Source: an uncultured Acidobacteriota bacterium
GTDB lineage: Bacteria > Acidobacteriota > Thermoanaerobaculia > UBA5066 > Gp7-AA6
Length of the DNA: 64,000 nucleotides
Assembly: GCA_963764715.1 (NCBI GenBank)
Contig: CAVXTP010000010.1
Coordinates: 32,001-96,000 of the forward strand
Direction of reading: 5' to 3'
The notes under the pieces are model-generated. The model was not told where the DNA came from, did no database searches, and saw only the letters and a program-made list of their open reading frames with translations. The stretch's first letter is position 1, and every line of letters begins with the position of its first letter. Positions 20,401 through 28,778 of the stretch are shown here, piece after piece. The translations under genes and the position numbers were made by a program.

Positions 20401-20846
20401 CGCGGGGAACGTTCCTGATCGCCGTCGTCGCGGCGGTCGTCGCCCTCGCGCTGCGGACCGATTTCTTCCGCACGACGGCGGGAAGGATCCTCGGCGCGGT
20501 GGCGGTGCTCCTCGCCCTGCTGCCTTCGAGCCTCCATTCGCCGTCCGTGCTCGCCACCGATCTGCTGCCCTCGGTCCTCTTCGCCGCGTGGCTCGCGGCG
20601 TCGGCGGCCCTGCTCCTCCGGGACCACGCGGCGGCCTGGGCCCTGTTCGGGATCTTCACCGTCGGGGGCCGGGAGGTCCTGGCGCTCCTCTCGCAGCCGG
20701 CCTCCGTCGACCAGATGGCCGGGTGGGCGGCGGCGGCGCTGCTCGCGGCGGGGGCGGCGGTGCTGCTGGCGGGGCGTCGCGGAAGCGGGCGGCCGCAAGG
20801 GCCGCCCCTACACGCCGAGGCGGAGCTCCCGCCAACTCCGGAGTAG
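17427..20846 (+). CDS. Large multi-TM CPBP (Abi/Rce1-like) intramembrane protease with two extracytoplasmic domains
   Basis: PAVTEEGISR (EExxxR), FIWGFGH, VWHFTVD; many TM helices; internal duplication. Confidence 0.8.
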   Translation: MEKLDRKDLRFLAACLLVIAAGAAITTALFPRAFPEASIEFKVNRGEARKLAEAFLAERGAKLAGTRFAGQFDVDETAKTYLERELGLENAGRLYGREAKIWLWRMRWFRSGVTEEERAAFSPLGDLIGFRSVLKEDARGARLSREEARALALRFLATRGLPETSLQAIEATPVSRPNRTDWNFVDEKAGVKLADATIRYATTVSGDRVTAFREFVHVPEGWVREYDRLRAKNNAAGQVATAGLIATVLAMLGVLVGKIARKDVPWRLVAAFGGIGFVLSLLSVANDLPLTIFGYDTASSLQSYMTSQIVLGLLGAIGTGAGIALVVAAAEPIYRERFPEKISLAGAFSARGIQTKGFLKSVLLGYALAAFFFAYQAVFYVVAGHFGAWAPADVPYSDMLNTALPWATVLLIGFLPAVTEEGISRMFSISFLDKLGAGRFVAVVVPAFIWGFGHSTYPNQPFYIRGLEVGFAGVLIGFLMLRFGVVPLLVWHFTVDAIYTALLLLRSGNAYYVVSGAIASGILLLPLLVSLLLRARRGGFLPAAGLSNGDLGFVPAPAPSAAAAPPPPLPVRSLSRRALATMGVLALLLGSSLVIPGDRTEADAEDATGRAAAEAIARRFLEVNGADPSDWRSVTYTGTGFSDDEAVRAAKPQDEGGIPAFSSEAAKYVIEKGGPEAFRRLSQRELPLAYWVVRYFQPEKKEEWKVLVDARRSRVVAFVHPIAEDAAATGPPPAEVAQRRALDAAGKLGYPASAYAVLNVGTEARPQRVDTTVVLEANPGGIGDARPRLTAVFHGRQLAAFLPTIHVPEDFLREQRSRSTGDWLLLAVRIVAMGALVGVAIILFLRRVRQPEFRWAEARRPLVWTALIAAAGLANALPAVFRRYTTETPMSLFQVGVAISMTAGLAVTLLGALVGFVLISGARPGWAQALRRGGTPKGAVVRAAVAAAGLLGLSRWTHVISSRVPSLYEPDPTLPDSLGYALPPLEVLWAAARGTFLIAVVAAVVALALRTDFFRTTAGRILGAVAVLLALLPSSLHSPSVLATDLLPSVLFAAWLAASAALLLRDHAAAWALFGIFTVGGREVLALLSQPASVDQMAGWAAAALLAAGAAVLLAGRRGSGRPQGPPLHAEAELPPTPE

Positions 20847-20867
20847 GGGCGGGGCCCGACCCCGCCC
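20787..20867. repeat. REP doublet overlapping the 3' end of the CPBP gene
   Basis: 20787-20811 (minus) and 20843-20867 (plus); the GTAG supplies the TAG stop at 20844-20846. Confidence 0.85.
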
Positions 20868-20870
20868 GCG

Positions 20871-21680
20871 TCACGACCCCGTCGAGTGGTATCGCTTGAC
20901 GCCCACGTTCCACGCGACGAGGGCGATCGAGACGGTGGCGGCGGCGACGAGAGGGACGGCCCAGAACTCCCGGACGAACTCGGGACGCCGCAGGAACCGG
21001 AGCGTCGGAAAGAACGTGGCGAACGCGAACGGGATCACGAACGACAGGACGAACCGGATCCACGCGTCGTAGATCGTGAGCGGATAGCGTCCGAACTGCA
21101 TCAGGTTGAAGATCGGCGGCACGATCCCGATGCGGTCCTCGATCCAGAAGGACGTCGCCGAGAGGCCCACGAAGATCGCGAGATAGATCGCCGACGCGAA
21201 GGCGGCCCACACGAAGAAGAGGACGAAGTCGAGGGGCGAGAACGAGAGGTGCAGGCGGCGCGAGGCCCAGACCACCGCGGCGAGCCCCGTCACCGTCTCC
21301 TGCAGCGACTCGAGGCGGAACGCCTCGAAGAGGACCTGGAAGACCGACGACACCGGGCGCACGAGCACCCGGTCGAACCGCCCCTCGATGAGGTACCGGT
21401 CCGGGAACTGGTAGAGGTTCCAGGACAGCACGTTGAAGATGCCGAGCGGGATCAGCGAAAAGCCGTAGAGGAAGACCATCTCCTCGAAGGTCCAGCCTTT
21501 GACCGCCGGCACGCGCGAGAACACGATCAGGAGGAAGCCGAAGGAGGCCGCGGTCCCCAGAAACGACGCGAAGACGCTCGAGAAGAAGTCGAGGCGGTAC
21601 TCGAGCCTGGCCTTCGCGTACTGCGAGAAGTAGAGGCCGAACAGCCGGCCGTGCCGGGCGAGGGTCGAGGCGGCGCTCAT
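20871..21680 (-). CDS. ABC-2 family permease (DUF990-type)
   Basis: GWTFEEMVFLYG; GRFDRVLVRPV; RYPLTIY; RYHSTGS. Confidence 0.88.
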   Translation of the reverse strand: MSAASTLARHGRLFGLYFSQYAKARLEYRLDFFSSVFASFLGTAASFGFLLIVFSRVPAVKGWTFEEMVFLYGFSLIPLGIFNVLSWNLYQFPDRYLIEGRFDRVLVRPVSSVFQVLFEAFRLESLQETVTGLAAVVWASRRLHLSFSPLDFVLFFVWAAFASAIYLAIFVGLSATSFWIEDRIGIVPPIFNLMQFGRYPLTIYDAWIRFVLSFVIPFAFATFFPTLRFLRRPEFVREFWAVPLVAAATVSIALVAWNVGVKRYHSTGS

Positions 21681-22498
21681 CCGCCCTGGATCGTGATGCG
21701 CCGCCGCGAGCGCCGCCAGGCCCACTGGCCGAGGGCGAGCAGGGCGAGCGTCCAGCCGGCCTGCAGCGCGAGCAGCCGCACGGCCTCGAGCCCCGCGGCC
21801 TGCCCGAGGTAGAGCGTCGCGGGCGTGAAATTGATGTGCGGGAAGGGCGACCAGATCAGGATCGTCCGCAGCGGCTCCGGGAAGAGCGTCGTCGGGATCA
21901 GGAGGCCCGAAAGCAGCTCGAACACGAGGTACTTCGCGCGGAGGATGCCGAGGATCGACTTCGACCGGATCGCGACCAGTCCCACGAGGAAGTTGAGCGC
22001 CGCGACGAGGAAGAACGAGAGGATCGCCGAGACGAAGAAGAACGTTCCGGCGGCGACCGAAGAGGGCGGTTGAACCGGGAAGATGAGCGCGAGCACGACG
22101 GAGATCGGAATCGTGAAGAGCACGGCGCGGAAGGCCGACTGGCCGGCGGCGTCCGCGATCATGACGGTCTGGAAGTCGACCGGCCGGATGAGACTCATCG
22201 CCAGGCGCCCCTCCTGGACCTGGGTCGCGAGGTCCCGGTCGATCTCGTTGAAGTAGAACGACCGGATCGCCCAGCCCACGGCGACGTAGGTGATCATCTG
22301 CTGCAGGGTGAGGCCCGCGACCCGGTCCGCGTGCCGGAAGACGGCGCGCCAGATGAAGAAGTACACCGCGACGTTGAAGAGGTACGTCAGGACGCCGACG
22401 TAGTAGCGCGCCCGGTAGGCGAGCATGTTCATGAAGCCGATGCGGGCGAAGGGGAGGGCGGCGCGCCAGGTCCCGGCGGCCGCGGTCGCCGCGCTCAC
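21677..22498 (-). CDS. ABC-2 family permease (DUF990-type)
   Basis: LAYRARY; VQEGRLAMSLIRP; LSGLLIP; TIQGG; GTG start at 22498. Confidence 0.85.
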   Translation of the reverse strand: MSAATAAAGTWRAALPFARIGFMNMLAYRARYYVGVLTYLFNVAVYFFIWRAVFRHADRVAGLTLQQMITYVAVGWAIRSFYFNEIDRDLATQVQEGRLAMSLIRPVDFQTVMIADAAGQSAFRAVLFTIPISVVLALIFPVQPPSSVAAGTFFFVSAILSFFLVAALNFLVGLVAIRSKSILGILRAKYLVFELLSGLLIPTTLFPEPLRTILIWSPFPHINFTPATLYLGQAAGLEAVRLLALQAGWTLALLALGQWAWRRSRRRITIQGG

Positions 22499-23491
22499 GA
22501 GATGCCCTCCTGGTAGATGCGCTTGACGACCTCCTCGACCTCCGGCTCCTCGATCTTGAGGTCCGAAACCTCGAAGCGGTTGACGATGTCCTTGACGGCG
22601 GTCGCCGGCGCGACGACGCGCCGGTCGAGATCGAGCCGGTAACGCAGCGTCCCGACCTCGCGGATCGGGGTGCCGTCGAAGGTCAGCTCGGAGGGCGCCG
22701 GCGCGTGCTTGACGTCGAAGACGATCGAGGTCACCGGGAGGATCCGGTCGCGCAGCTCGTCGAGGGCCCCGTCGAAGAGGAGCCGCCCGTGGTCGATGAC
22801 GATGACCCGCTTGCAGAGCGTCTCGATGTCGGCGAGATCGTGCGTCGTCAGCAGGACGGTCGTGCCGTCGTGGCCGTTGATCTCCTGCAGGAACTCCCGG
22901 ACGTTGGCCTTGGCGACCACGTCGAGGCCGATCGTCGGCTCGTCGAGAAAGAGGAGCGGCGGCCGGTGGAGGAGCGAGGCGGCGAGGTCGCAGCGCATGC
23001 GCTCGCCGAGCGAGAGCTTGCGGACGGGCTGGCTGGAGATAGGCCTTGAGGCCGAGGACCTTGTCGAAGAGGTCCATCCGCTCGCGGTACTGCGGCTCGG
23101 TCAGGCCGTAGATCTCCTTGAGCAGCCGGAAGGACTCGACGACGGCGATGTCCCACCAGAGCTGCGTGCGTTGTCCGAAGACGACGCCGATCGTCGCGAC
23201 GTAACGGGTCCGCTCCCGGTGCGGCACGAAGCCGTTGCACAGGATCTCGCCCGAGGTCGGCGTCAGGATGCCGGTGAGCATCTTGATCGTCGTCGACTTG
23301 CCGGCGCCGTTGGCGCCGATGTAGCCGACCATCTCGCCGGGCGCGATCTCGAAGTTGACGTCCGCGACCGCCGAGAGCTCCGTCGCGGTGCGCCGGACCA
23401 GCGACTTGAGGGCGGCGGCGAGGCCCTCCTCGCGCCGGAACGACTTGAAGACCTTGGTCAGGCGCGAGACCCGGACGATCGGCTCGGTCAT
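22495..23491 (-). CDS. ABC transporter ATP-binding protein (one apparent frameshift near 23035)
   Basis: GANGAGKST; removing one base gives LSQPVRKLSLGERMRCD..LDEPTIGLD. Confidence 0.88.
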
Positions 23492-24342
23492 CGCTTCGAG
23501 AGCTCCAGGGCGCGGGCGTAGATCTCGCGCGCCGGCCGGCCCGACCGGCGCGCGATCTCGCGGGAGAGCGCCTTGAGCGCCGCGCCGCCCGCGAGGGCCT
23601 CGCGGATCCGCGCGTCGAGTCGTCGTCCGGCGCGACGGCGGCGGCCTCGCCGCCGTGTCCCTCGACGACGACGGTGATCTCGCCGCGGCCGGTTCCGCGC
23701 GCCGCGATCGCCGCCGCGAGCTCGGGAAGCGTGCCGCGCAGGACCTCCTCGTGCAGCTTCGTGAGCTCCCGGGCGACGCAGGCGCGGCGGGGACCGAGCG
23801 CTTCGGCGGCCGCCGCCAGGGACTCGCGCAGGCGGTGCGGCGCCTCGAACCAGACGAGCGTCTCGGCGCGCCCGGCGAGGGCCTCGAGGAAGCGCCGCCG
23901 CTCGCCCTCCCGGGCCGGCAGGAAGCCCAGGAAGACGTGGGGGACGGCCGGCAGGCCCGAGACCGCCAGCGCCGCGGCCGGGGCGGAGGGGCCGGGCACG
24001 ACCTCGATGCGGTGTCCGGCCGCCGCGGCCGCCGCGACGAGCCGTTCGCCCGGGTCCGAGAGCGCCGGCATGCCGGCGTCGGACACGAGCGCGACGGTCT
24101 CGCCGCGGGAAAGCCGCTCGAGCAGCTCCTCGACGCGGCCGGCCTCGCGCGGGCGCGGGGCAGGCGACGCGCCGCGCGGAGATGCCGAAGCGCGCCGCGA
24201 GCTTCGCGGTCACGCGGGTGTCCTCGCAGAAGAGGACGTCGGACTCGGCGAGGGCGCGCCGGGCGCGCGGGGAGAGGTCCTCGAGATTCCCGATGGGCGT
24301 TCCGACGACGAGGAGCCTCCCGGGTTTTTCGAACTCGCTCAC
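23488..24342 (-). CDS. rsmI: 16S rRNA C1402 2'-O-methyltransferase (apparent frameshifts near 24160 and 23620)
   Basis: VVGTPIGNLEDLSPRA..CEDTR; SDAGMPALSDPG; VARELTKLHEE. Confidence 0.88.
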   Translation of the reverse strand: MSEFEKPGRLLVVGTPIGNLEDLSPRARRALAESDVLFCEDTRVTAKLAARFGISARRVACPAPARGRPRRGAARAAFPRRDRRARVRRRHAGALGPGRTARRGGRGGRTPHRGRARPLRPGRGAGGLGPAGRPPRLPGLPAGPGGRAAALPRGPRRARRDARLVRGAAPPARVPGGGRRSARSPPRLRRPGAHEAARGGPARHASRARGGDRGARNRPRRDHRRRRGTRRRGRRRRAGRRLDARIREALAGGAALKALSREIARRSGRPAREIYARALELSKR

Positions 24343-24386
24343 GGAGAGACGGAAAATAGCATGGAGCGTCCCGGTATCATGGCGCC

Positions 24387-25101
24387 GTGCGCCCGCTGGC
24401 CCGGACTCGCCGCCGTGACGATCGCCGCCGCCGCGTCGCTCTCGGGCGAGTTCGTCGACCGGATCGCGGCGACGGTCAACGACACGGCGATCCCCGAGAG
24501 CGAGGTGCGCAAGGCCATGCTCGTCTCGGCCCTCCAGCCCGGGCCCGGCGAGAGCCCGGAGGCGTTCCGCAGCCGGGTCCTCGACGCCCTGATCGACCAG
24601 CAGCTCGAGTACCAGGACGCGTCGCGGTTCGGCCCCTCGCCGCCGGACGCCGCGCAGCTTTCCGAAGCGATGAAGAAGCTCCAGGATCGCCTCCGGGCGG
24701 AAGGACGGGACCCCGCGGCCGAGTTCGCCCGCGCGGGCCTGACCGAGGAGGACGTCGCGTCCTCGCTCGAGCGTCAGCTCGTCATCCAGCGCTACCTCCG
24801 CGAGCGGTTCGCCCCGATCGCGTACGCCGACGAAGAGCAGGCCCGCGCCGAGTATTCGACGCACTACGTGCCCGCGCAGGAGGCGGCGAAGCAGCCGGTG
24901 GAGCCCTACGACAAGGTCGCCGACGAGATGCGGCGGCGGGCGTCGGCGCGGGCGTTCGACGACCAGGTGTCCCGCTGGATGAAGGAGCTCCGCCAGAAGG
25001 CGCGCATCGGCATCTACCGGATCCCGCCGCAGCTTCCGGCGGGGCGCACGCCCGTGCTCGTGTCGACGGCGCCGCCCGCCGCCCGGACTCCCGCGCCTTG
25101 A
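24387..25101 (+). CDS. SurA N-terminal-domain-like periplasmic chaperone (probable indel near 24400)
   Basis: VDRIAATVNDTAI.ESEV; VLDALIDQQL; W.KELRQKARI; no PPIase domain. Removing one C gives signal peptide MRPLAGLAAVTIAAAASLSG. Confidence 0.7.
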
Positions 25102-26837
25102 ACGTCTTCGTCGCGCTGCTGGCGGCGCTCGTCGCCGGGGCGGCGCCCGCGGGACCGCCGAGCGCGGAGCTGCGCGGGGTCGCGGTGCCGATGCGGGACG
25201 GCGTGAAGCTCGCGGCCGACGTGCTGCGGCCGAAGGCCGAGGGACGCTTCCCGACGCTCGTGTACCGAACGCCCTACGACCGGAAGCGCGCGTCGGAGGA
25301 CGAGGTCGCGAAGGCCGCGCTCGACGCCGGCTACGCGGTCGTGCGCGTCGACGTGCGCGGCCGCTACGACTCGGAGGGCGTCTTCACGCCGTACCGCAAC
25401 GAGGGCGCCGACGGGTACGACACGATCGAGTGGGCGGCGGCGCAGGCCTGGTCGACCGGGGAGGTCGGGACCTACGGTCTCTCGTACCCGGGGGCCGTGC
25501 AGTGGCTCGCGGCGGTCGAATCGCCTCCGCACCTGAAGGCGATGGTTCCCGCGATGACCTTCTCGACGCCGCGCAACTTCTTCTACGCCGGCGGCGCGTG
25601 GGACCTGTCGTGGCTGCCCTGGATCTGGAACAACATCGCCCCGGACGCGCGGGTCCGGGGAAGCCTTCCCGGCCCGCGGACGGGCCGCGAGGCGCGCGCC
25701 GAGTGGAAGCGCCTGCAGCGCGAGCTGCCGTACCGGCTGCCGGTGACCAACGTCCCGGAGCTCCGCGGGCCGGCTCCGTATTACTTCGACTGGCTGGCGC
25801 ATCGACCCGGGGAGTCGTGGTGGGACTGGAGCGAGATCCGAGGGCGCTACGGGCGGGTGGGCGCGGCCGTCCTCAACATCTCGGGCTGGCACGACGAGAC
25901 CTACGGCCCCGAAGGGGCGATGACCAACTTCCAGGGTCTCCTCGAGGCCCGCCGCGGCGAGGCCGATCCCCGCACGCAGGTGATCCTCGGGCCCTGGGTC
26001 CACGGCGGCGAGGGGGAGGACCGCTCGGGAGACCGCGTCTTCGGCCCGCAGGCGCGGCTCGAGTATGCCCGGGAGATCGTGCGATTCATGGACCGTTACG
26101 TCCGCGGCCTCGCCAACGGCGTCGATCGCGCGCCGCGCGTGCGCGCGTTCGTCATGGGGGAGAACGTCTGGCGGACCGGCAACGCGCTGCCGCTCGAGGG
26201 AACGACGCCGGTGTCGCTCTACCTGGCGGGCGGAGGAAAGCTCCTGCGCGAAGCGCCGCCGGGCGCCGACGGCGGCTCGAGCGGCTTCGTCTCGGACCCG
26301 GCCCATCCCGTCGTCGACCCCTACGCCGACGCCGCCGGGGCGCACGACTACCGCTTCCTCGCCGGGCGGCCCGACACGCTGGTGTTCGAGACCGAGCCGC
26401 TCGCCGAGCCGCTCCGCGTGGTCGGGGCGATCGGGACGGAGATCCACCTCTCGGCCGACGCCCCGGACGCGGACCTCTGGGTCAAGCTCGAGGACGTCGG
26501 GCCGGACGGAACGGCCTGGAACCTGTCGAGCCCCGGCACGGACGTCCTGCGGGTGAGCGAGCGCGACGGCGGGGCCGGGGGGAAGCCCCTGGCGGCGGGC
26601 GAGATCGCCGTCCTGCGCCTGCCGAACCTGCGCACCGGGAACCTCTTCGCGAAAGGCCACCGCGTGCGCGTCGTGCTCTGCGGCAGCTTCATGCCCCACT
26701 TCTCGCGCAACCTGCAGAGCGGAGAATCCGAGATGCGCTCCGCCGAGTCCCGCAAGGCGTCGATCCGCATCCACCACGACGCGGCGCACCCCTCCCGGAT
26801 CATCCTCCCCGTCGTGGGGTCAGCCCTGAGCAACTGA
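25098..26837 (+). CDS. CocE/NonD family (S15) secreted serine hydrolase
   Basis: PMRDGVKLAAD; RTPY; DVRGRYDSEG; GLSYPG nucleophile; GWHD; GPWVH. Confidence 0.92.
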   Translation: MNVFVALLAALVAGAAPAGPPSAELRGVAVPMRDGVKLAADVLRPKAEGRFPTLVYRTPYDRKRASEDEVAKAALDAGYAVVRVDVRGRYDSEGVFTPYRNEGADGYDTIEWAAAQAWSTGEVGTYGLSYPGAVQWLAAVESPPHLKAMVPAMTFSTPRNFFYAGGAWDLSWLPWIWNNIAPDARVRGSLPGPRTGREARAEWKRLQRELPYRLPVTNVPELRGPAPYYFDWLAHRPGESWWDWSEIRGRYGRVGAAVLNISGWHDETYGPEGAMTNFQGLLEARRGEADPRTQVILGPWVHGGEGEDRSGDRVFGPQARLEYAREIVRFMDRYVRGLANGVDRAPRVRAFVMGENVWRTGNALPLEGTTPVSLYLAGGGKLLREAPPGADGGSSGFVSDPAHPVVDPYADAAGAHDYRFLAGRPDTLVFETEPLAEPLRVVGAIGTEIHLSADAPDADLWVKLEDVGPDGTAWNLSSPGTDVLRVSERDGGAGGKPLAAGEIAVLRLPNLRTGNLFAKGHRVRVVLCGSFMPHFSRNLQSGESEMRSAESRKASIRIHHDAAHPSRIILPVVGSALSN

Positions 26838-26888
26838 ACTTTGGGGGTCAGCCCTGAATATCTGAATTTTGGGGTCAGACCTGAACTG
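26816..26888 (+). repeat. Tandem ~27-bp GGGGTCAGCCCTG..CTGAA repeat (2 full copies + 1 partial)
   Basis: Copies at 26816, 26844 and 26871; inverted copy at 27859-27890. Confidence 0.85.
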
Positions 26889-26927
26889 CGGAGGTGACGG
26901 GCTCGTGGTGAGGAGACGCGGAAGGCC

Positions 26928-27881
26928 GTGAGAGTCGCGGTTTTCGGGACGGGCGGGGCCGGCGGGAGATTCGGCGCGGATCTCGCGCGGGCCGGGGAGG
27001 ACGTCGCCCTGATTGCGCGCGGAACACACCTGGCCGCCATCCGTGAGCACGGTCTCCTCGTCGAGACCGACGACGGTGAGTTCCGTGTGCGGCCGGCCGT
27101 TGCCACGGATGCCCCGGCAGAGGTCGGGCCCGTCGACGTCGTGCTTCTCGGCGTCAAGACCTGGCAGGTCGAGGAGGCCGCCCGGGCCATGCGGCCGCTC
27201 CTCGGGCCCGAGACCTTCGTCGTTCCGCTCCAGAACGGCGTCGAGGCGGCGGGCCAGCTCGCGGGAGTCCTGGGCGCCGATCGCGTCGTGGGCGGCCTCT
27301 GCGCGACGTTTTCCTGGATCGTTGCGCCGGGACGGATCCGGAGCCTCGGCCAGGTCCACTCCTTGCGGTTCGGAGAGCTCGACCGGCGGCCGAGCCCGCG
27401 GACCGAGGCGCTGCGCGCCGCCTTCGAGCGCGCCGGGGTGCGCGCGACGATCCCGCCGGACATCGAAGTGTCCCTCTGGGAGAAGTTCCTGATCGTCGTC
27501 TCGTTCGGAGGGGTCGGCGCCGTCACGCGGGTCCCGGTCGGCGTCACCCGGGCGACGCCGGAGACGCGGCGCCTGATCGAGCGCGGGATGGAGGAAATCT
27601 TCGCCGTGGGCCGGGCGCGGGGCGTCGCGCTGCCGGACGAGGCGGCCGACAAGGGAATGGCCTTCGTCGACTCGCTCGATCCGTCCGGGACGACCTCCCT
27701 GCAGCGCGACATCGCGGAAGGGCGCCCGTCCGAGCTCGAGGCCTGGAACGGCGCCGTCGCGCGCCTGGGCCGCGCGGCGGGCGTCCCGACGCCCGTCCAC
27801 GAGTTTCTCTACGCGAGCCTCCTGCCGCTGGAGCGGAAGGCCCGCGACTCTGTCCGGCAAAGTTCAGAAATGCAGGGCTGA
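26928..27881 (+). CDS. panE: 2-dehydropantoate 2-reductase
   Basis: GTGGAGG; VKTW; PLQNG; WEKF; SLQRDI..GRPSELE. Confidence 0.9.
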   Translation: MRVAVFGTGGAGGRFGADLARAGEDVALIARGTHLAAIREHGLLVETDDGEFRVRPAVATDAPAEVGPVDVVLLGVKTWQVEEAARAMRPLLGPETFVVPLQNGVEAAGQLAGVLGADRVVGGLCATFSWIVAPGRIRSLGQVHSLRFGELDRRPSPRTEALRAAFERAGVRATIPPDIEVSLWEKFLIVVSFGGVGAVTRVPVGVTRATPETRRLIERGMEEIFAVGRARGVALPDEAADKGMAFVDSLDPSGTTSLQRDIAEGRPSELEAWNGAVARLGRAAGVPTPVHEFLYASLLPLERKARDSVRQSSEMQG

Positions 27882-27900
27882 CCCCAAAAAGGAGGAGATC

Positions 27901-28389
27901 GTGAAGATTCGCATCGGGTGGTGCCTCGGGATCCTCGCCGTTTCGAGCCTGCCGCTCTTCGGGCAGGCGGCCGGAAAACCCGCTTCGAGCAACAGGCAGG
28001 TCGCCGACGAAGTCATCGCGCTGACACGGGCGCACTGGGCGGCAGAGATGAAAAAGGACGCCGCGGCCTGGGGCAGGAACGTGGCCGACGACTACACCGT
28101 GTTCGAAGGCGCCTACCCGACGCGCATCGACGGGAAGGCCACGATGCAGCACGTGGTGGACGGCAACTTCTCCGGGACCGATACGCTCATCACGGCCGAG
28201 ATGGCCAACGAGAAGGTGCAGGTCTACGGCGACGTCGCGATCCTTTCCTACAACTACATCGCCTCGGTGAAGAACAAGGACGGGAAGGTGTCGCCGGCCA
28301 TGGCGAAGTCGACCCGGGTCTACGTCCGGCAGGGCGGGCAATGGATGCTGGTCCACGCCAACTTCGCCCCCGTGACCTCGCCCAACTGA
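27901..28389 (+). CDS. Secreted NTF2-like (DUF4440/SnoaL-like) protein
   Basis: Signal peptide; VQVYGDVAIL; STRVYVRQGGQW.LVH; AGGAGG RBS. Confidence 0.8.
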   Translation: MKIRIGWCLGILAVSSLPLFGQAAGKPASSNRQVADEVIALTRAHWAAEMKKDAAAWGRNVADDYTVFEGAYPTRIDGKATMQHVVDGNFSGTDTLITAEMANEKVQVYGDVAILSYNYIASVKNKDGKVSPAMAKSTRVYVRQGGQWMLVHANFAPVTSPN

Positions 28390-28439
28390 CGATTCTTCGC
28401 CTCAACGGAGTCAGGCCCCTCACCGTGCGTTCGCGACGG

Positions 28440-28778
28440 TTACCCCGGCGGCCAGGTGAGGGCGCGCCCGCCGAGGAGGTGGAAGTGCAGGTGGAACACG
28501 GTCTGCCCCGCCCCCTCGCCGTTGTTGGCGACGAGGCGGTAGTGCTCGAGCTTCAGCTCGCGCGCGATCGCCGCCGCCCGGGCGACCACCTCTCCGATGA
28601 GGAGCTCGTCCCCCGGACCAGCTTCGGCCAGCCGGCCGATGTGCCTGCGCGGGATGACGAGGACGTGCGTCGGGGCCTTCGGCGCGACGTCGTGGAAGGC
28701 GTACACGTGGTCGTCGGCGAAGACCTTCTTCGACGGGATCTCGCCCGCCGCGATCTTGCAGAAGAGGCAGTCGGTCAC
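28440..28778 (-). CDS. hinT: Histidine triad nucleotide-binding protein
   Basis: DCLFCKI; AGQTVFHLHFHLLGGR..WPPG. Confidence 0.92.
   Translation of the reverse strand: MTDCLFCKIAAGEIPSKKVFADDHVYAFHDVAPKAPTHVLVIPRRHIGRLAEAGPGDELLIGEVVARAAAIARELKLEHYRLVANNGEGAGQTVFHLHFHLLGGRALTWPPG

Noticed and set aside
16461-20798. Long antisense or off-frame ORFs (1445 aa here; also 53179-57936, 38862-42359, 36089-38827)
   Set aside because: Arg/Gly/Pro-rich shadow frames of real genes, expected at high GC.
21677-23491. ATPase-permease fusion (604 aa)
   Set aside because: Artefact of a single-base indel near 23035; these are two separate genes.
23020-24400. Programmed frameshifting or pseudogenes in the ABC ATPase, rsmI and SurA-like genes
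   Set aside because: No slippery motifs; clustered single-base indels fit sequencing error.
24387-26837. 816-aa ORF as a CocE fusion
   Set aside because: The first 237 codons are off-frame over the SurA-like gene; CocE starts at TTG 25098.
26816-26888. Possible CRISPR mini-array
   Set aside because: Repeats abut with no unique spacers; no cas genes; matches the REP-like family.
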